A stretch of DNA of 64,000 bases from the human T2T-CHM13v2.0 reference genome, Homo sapiens. Location: assembly GCF_009914755.1 (NCBI RefSeq), contig NC_060931.1, one strand, 5' to 3'. The translations under genes were made by a program, and so were the position numbers. The notes below the pieces were generated by a model, which had not been told where the DNA came from, did no database searches, and saw nothing but the letters and a program-made list of their open reading frames with translations. Shown piece after piece: positions 62,561-64,000 of this stretch (position 1 is its first letter; the number at the start of each line of letters is the position of its first letter).

Positions 62561-64000
62561 CTGGTGAGAGCAAACATCCTTGTCTTGTTCTCAATTTTAG
62601 GTAGAAATCATTCAGTCTTTTATTATTATGTATTAATATAATGTTAGATCTAGGTAATTTATAGATGCTCTTAATCAAATTGTTGAAATTCCCCTCTATT
62701 CCTATTTTTCTGAGAACTTTTATCATGCATCGGTGTTGAATTATGCCAGATGCTTTTTCTGCACCAGTTGATATGATCATATAGCCTTTCTTCTTTAGCC
62801 TGTTAAAAAAAAGTGGCATATTTTGATTGATTTTCAAGTATTGAACCAGCATTGCATCTCTGGAATAAACCCCACTTGGTTATGATGTATAATTGTTTTT
62901 ATGTACTCCTGAATTGTTTGCTTATATATTGATAACGATTTTTGCATCTATAGAGATATTGATCCGTTGGCTTATTTTTGTTTACTTGTGTTTATATTGT
63001 CTCTGATTTTGGTATCAGAACAATGCAAGTTTCATTAAATGAATTGTTGGGGGTTACCATATACCCTTCCCTGTCTCTGGTAATTTTCTTTGCTCTACAG
63101 TTTACTTTATCTGATATTAATATAGCCACTTGTTTTTTCCTTTGGTTAATGTTTGCATTGTATATCTTTTTCCATCATTTTTACTTCCAAATTGCCTATA
63201 TTGTTATAGTTGAAGTAAGTTTCTTGTGGACAGCATAAATTTGGGTAATGATTTTTAGTCCACTCTGCCAATGTCTGTCTTTTACCTTGTGTATTTAAAC
63301 CATTTATATTTAATGTAATCATTAATATATTAGGGTTTAAGCCTGCCATTTCATGTTTTATGTTCTGTTTGTTCTGTTTTTAATTTCTCTCTTTTCTTAT
63401 CCCTGCCTTCCTGTGGGTTACTTGAACATTGTTTTGGAATTTGATTTTGATTTATTTTTGTGTTTTTGAGTATATCTCTTTGTATACTTTTTTAGTGGTT
63501 CTAGGTACTATATATGTATAATTTTTCAGTCTACTGGTATCATCGTTTTACCAGTTCAAATAAAATGCAGAAAACTTATTTCCCTTAGCTCTCCCCATTT
63601 ATAATCATTTAAAATATTACCTCTACATATATTTAGAACCATTAGTGTTATAATTTCTGCTTCAACAAACATTTAAAGAAACTCAAGAGAAGTAAAGTGT
63701 ATTGTATTTACCCATATTTTTGCTCACAGTGATCATTTTTTCCTTTCTGATGTTCCAGTGTTCCTATATTTATTATTTTCTCTCTGTTTAGAGAACTCCC
63801 TTCAGCCATTCTTTTTAGGGAAAGTTTCTGGCAACAAATTTTATTAGTTTTCCCTCATCTGAGAATGTCTTGATTTCTCCATTCTCAAAGGCTGTTTTCA
63901 CTGGATTCTGAGTTGATGGTTCTTTTCTTTCAGCACTTGAAAAATGTGCCCTTTCCTTTGGACTACCATGGTTTGTGATGAGAAATCTGGTGTCATTCGA

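Overview
Human (primate) genomic DNA covering most of the innate-immune receptor gene NOD1 (CARD4) on the minus strand. The window runs from the CpG-island promoter and first exon (~50.3-50.5 kb) through three non-coding exons, two CARD exons, the 1825-nt NACHT exon and seven 84-nt LRR exons; the last exon lies left of the window. Intron 9 holds a full-length L1HS Ta-1 retrotransposon (10941-16997, + strand, antisense to NOD1) with open ORF1, ORF2 and ORF0. A deleted ~5.7-kb HERV-H provirus sits ~0.8 kb upstream of NOD1, head-to-head with it, next to an IRF element. The rest is Alu, old L1, MaLR, MER and MIR sequence. The most interesting observation is that the L1 antisense promoter and ORF0 point in the NOD1 sense direction, and the second ORF0 splice donor has the same phase (2) as every NOD1 LRR exon. 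This predicts an in-frame ORF0-NOD1(LRR) fusion. An L1 antisense poly(A) signal also predicts a complementary truncated NOD1(1-818), i.e. a 'gene-breaking' configuration. These transcripts are predicted, not demonstrated. No prokaryotic-type systems (CRISPR, operons) are present. Exon boundaries were read by hand from GT/AG sites. Repeat subfamily calls come from recalled consensus sequences and have approximate ends.
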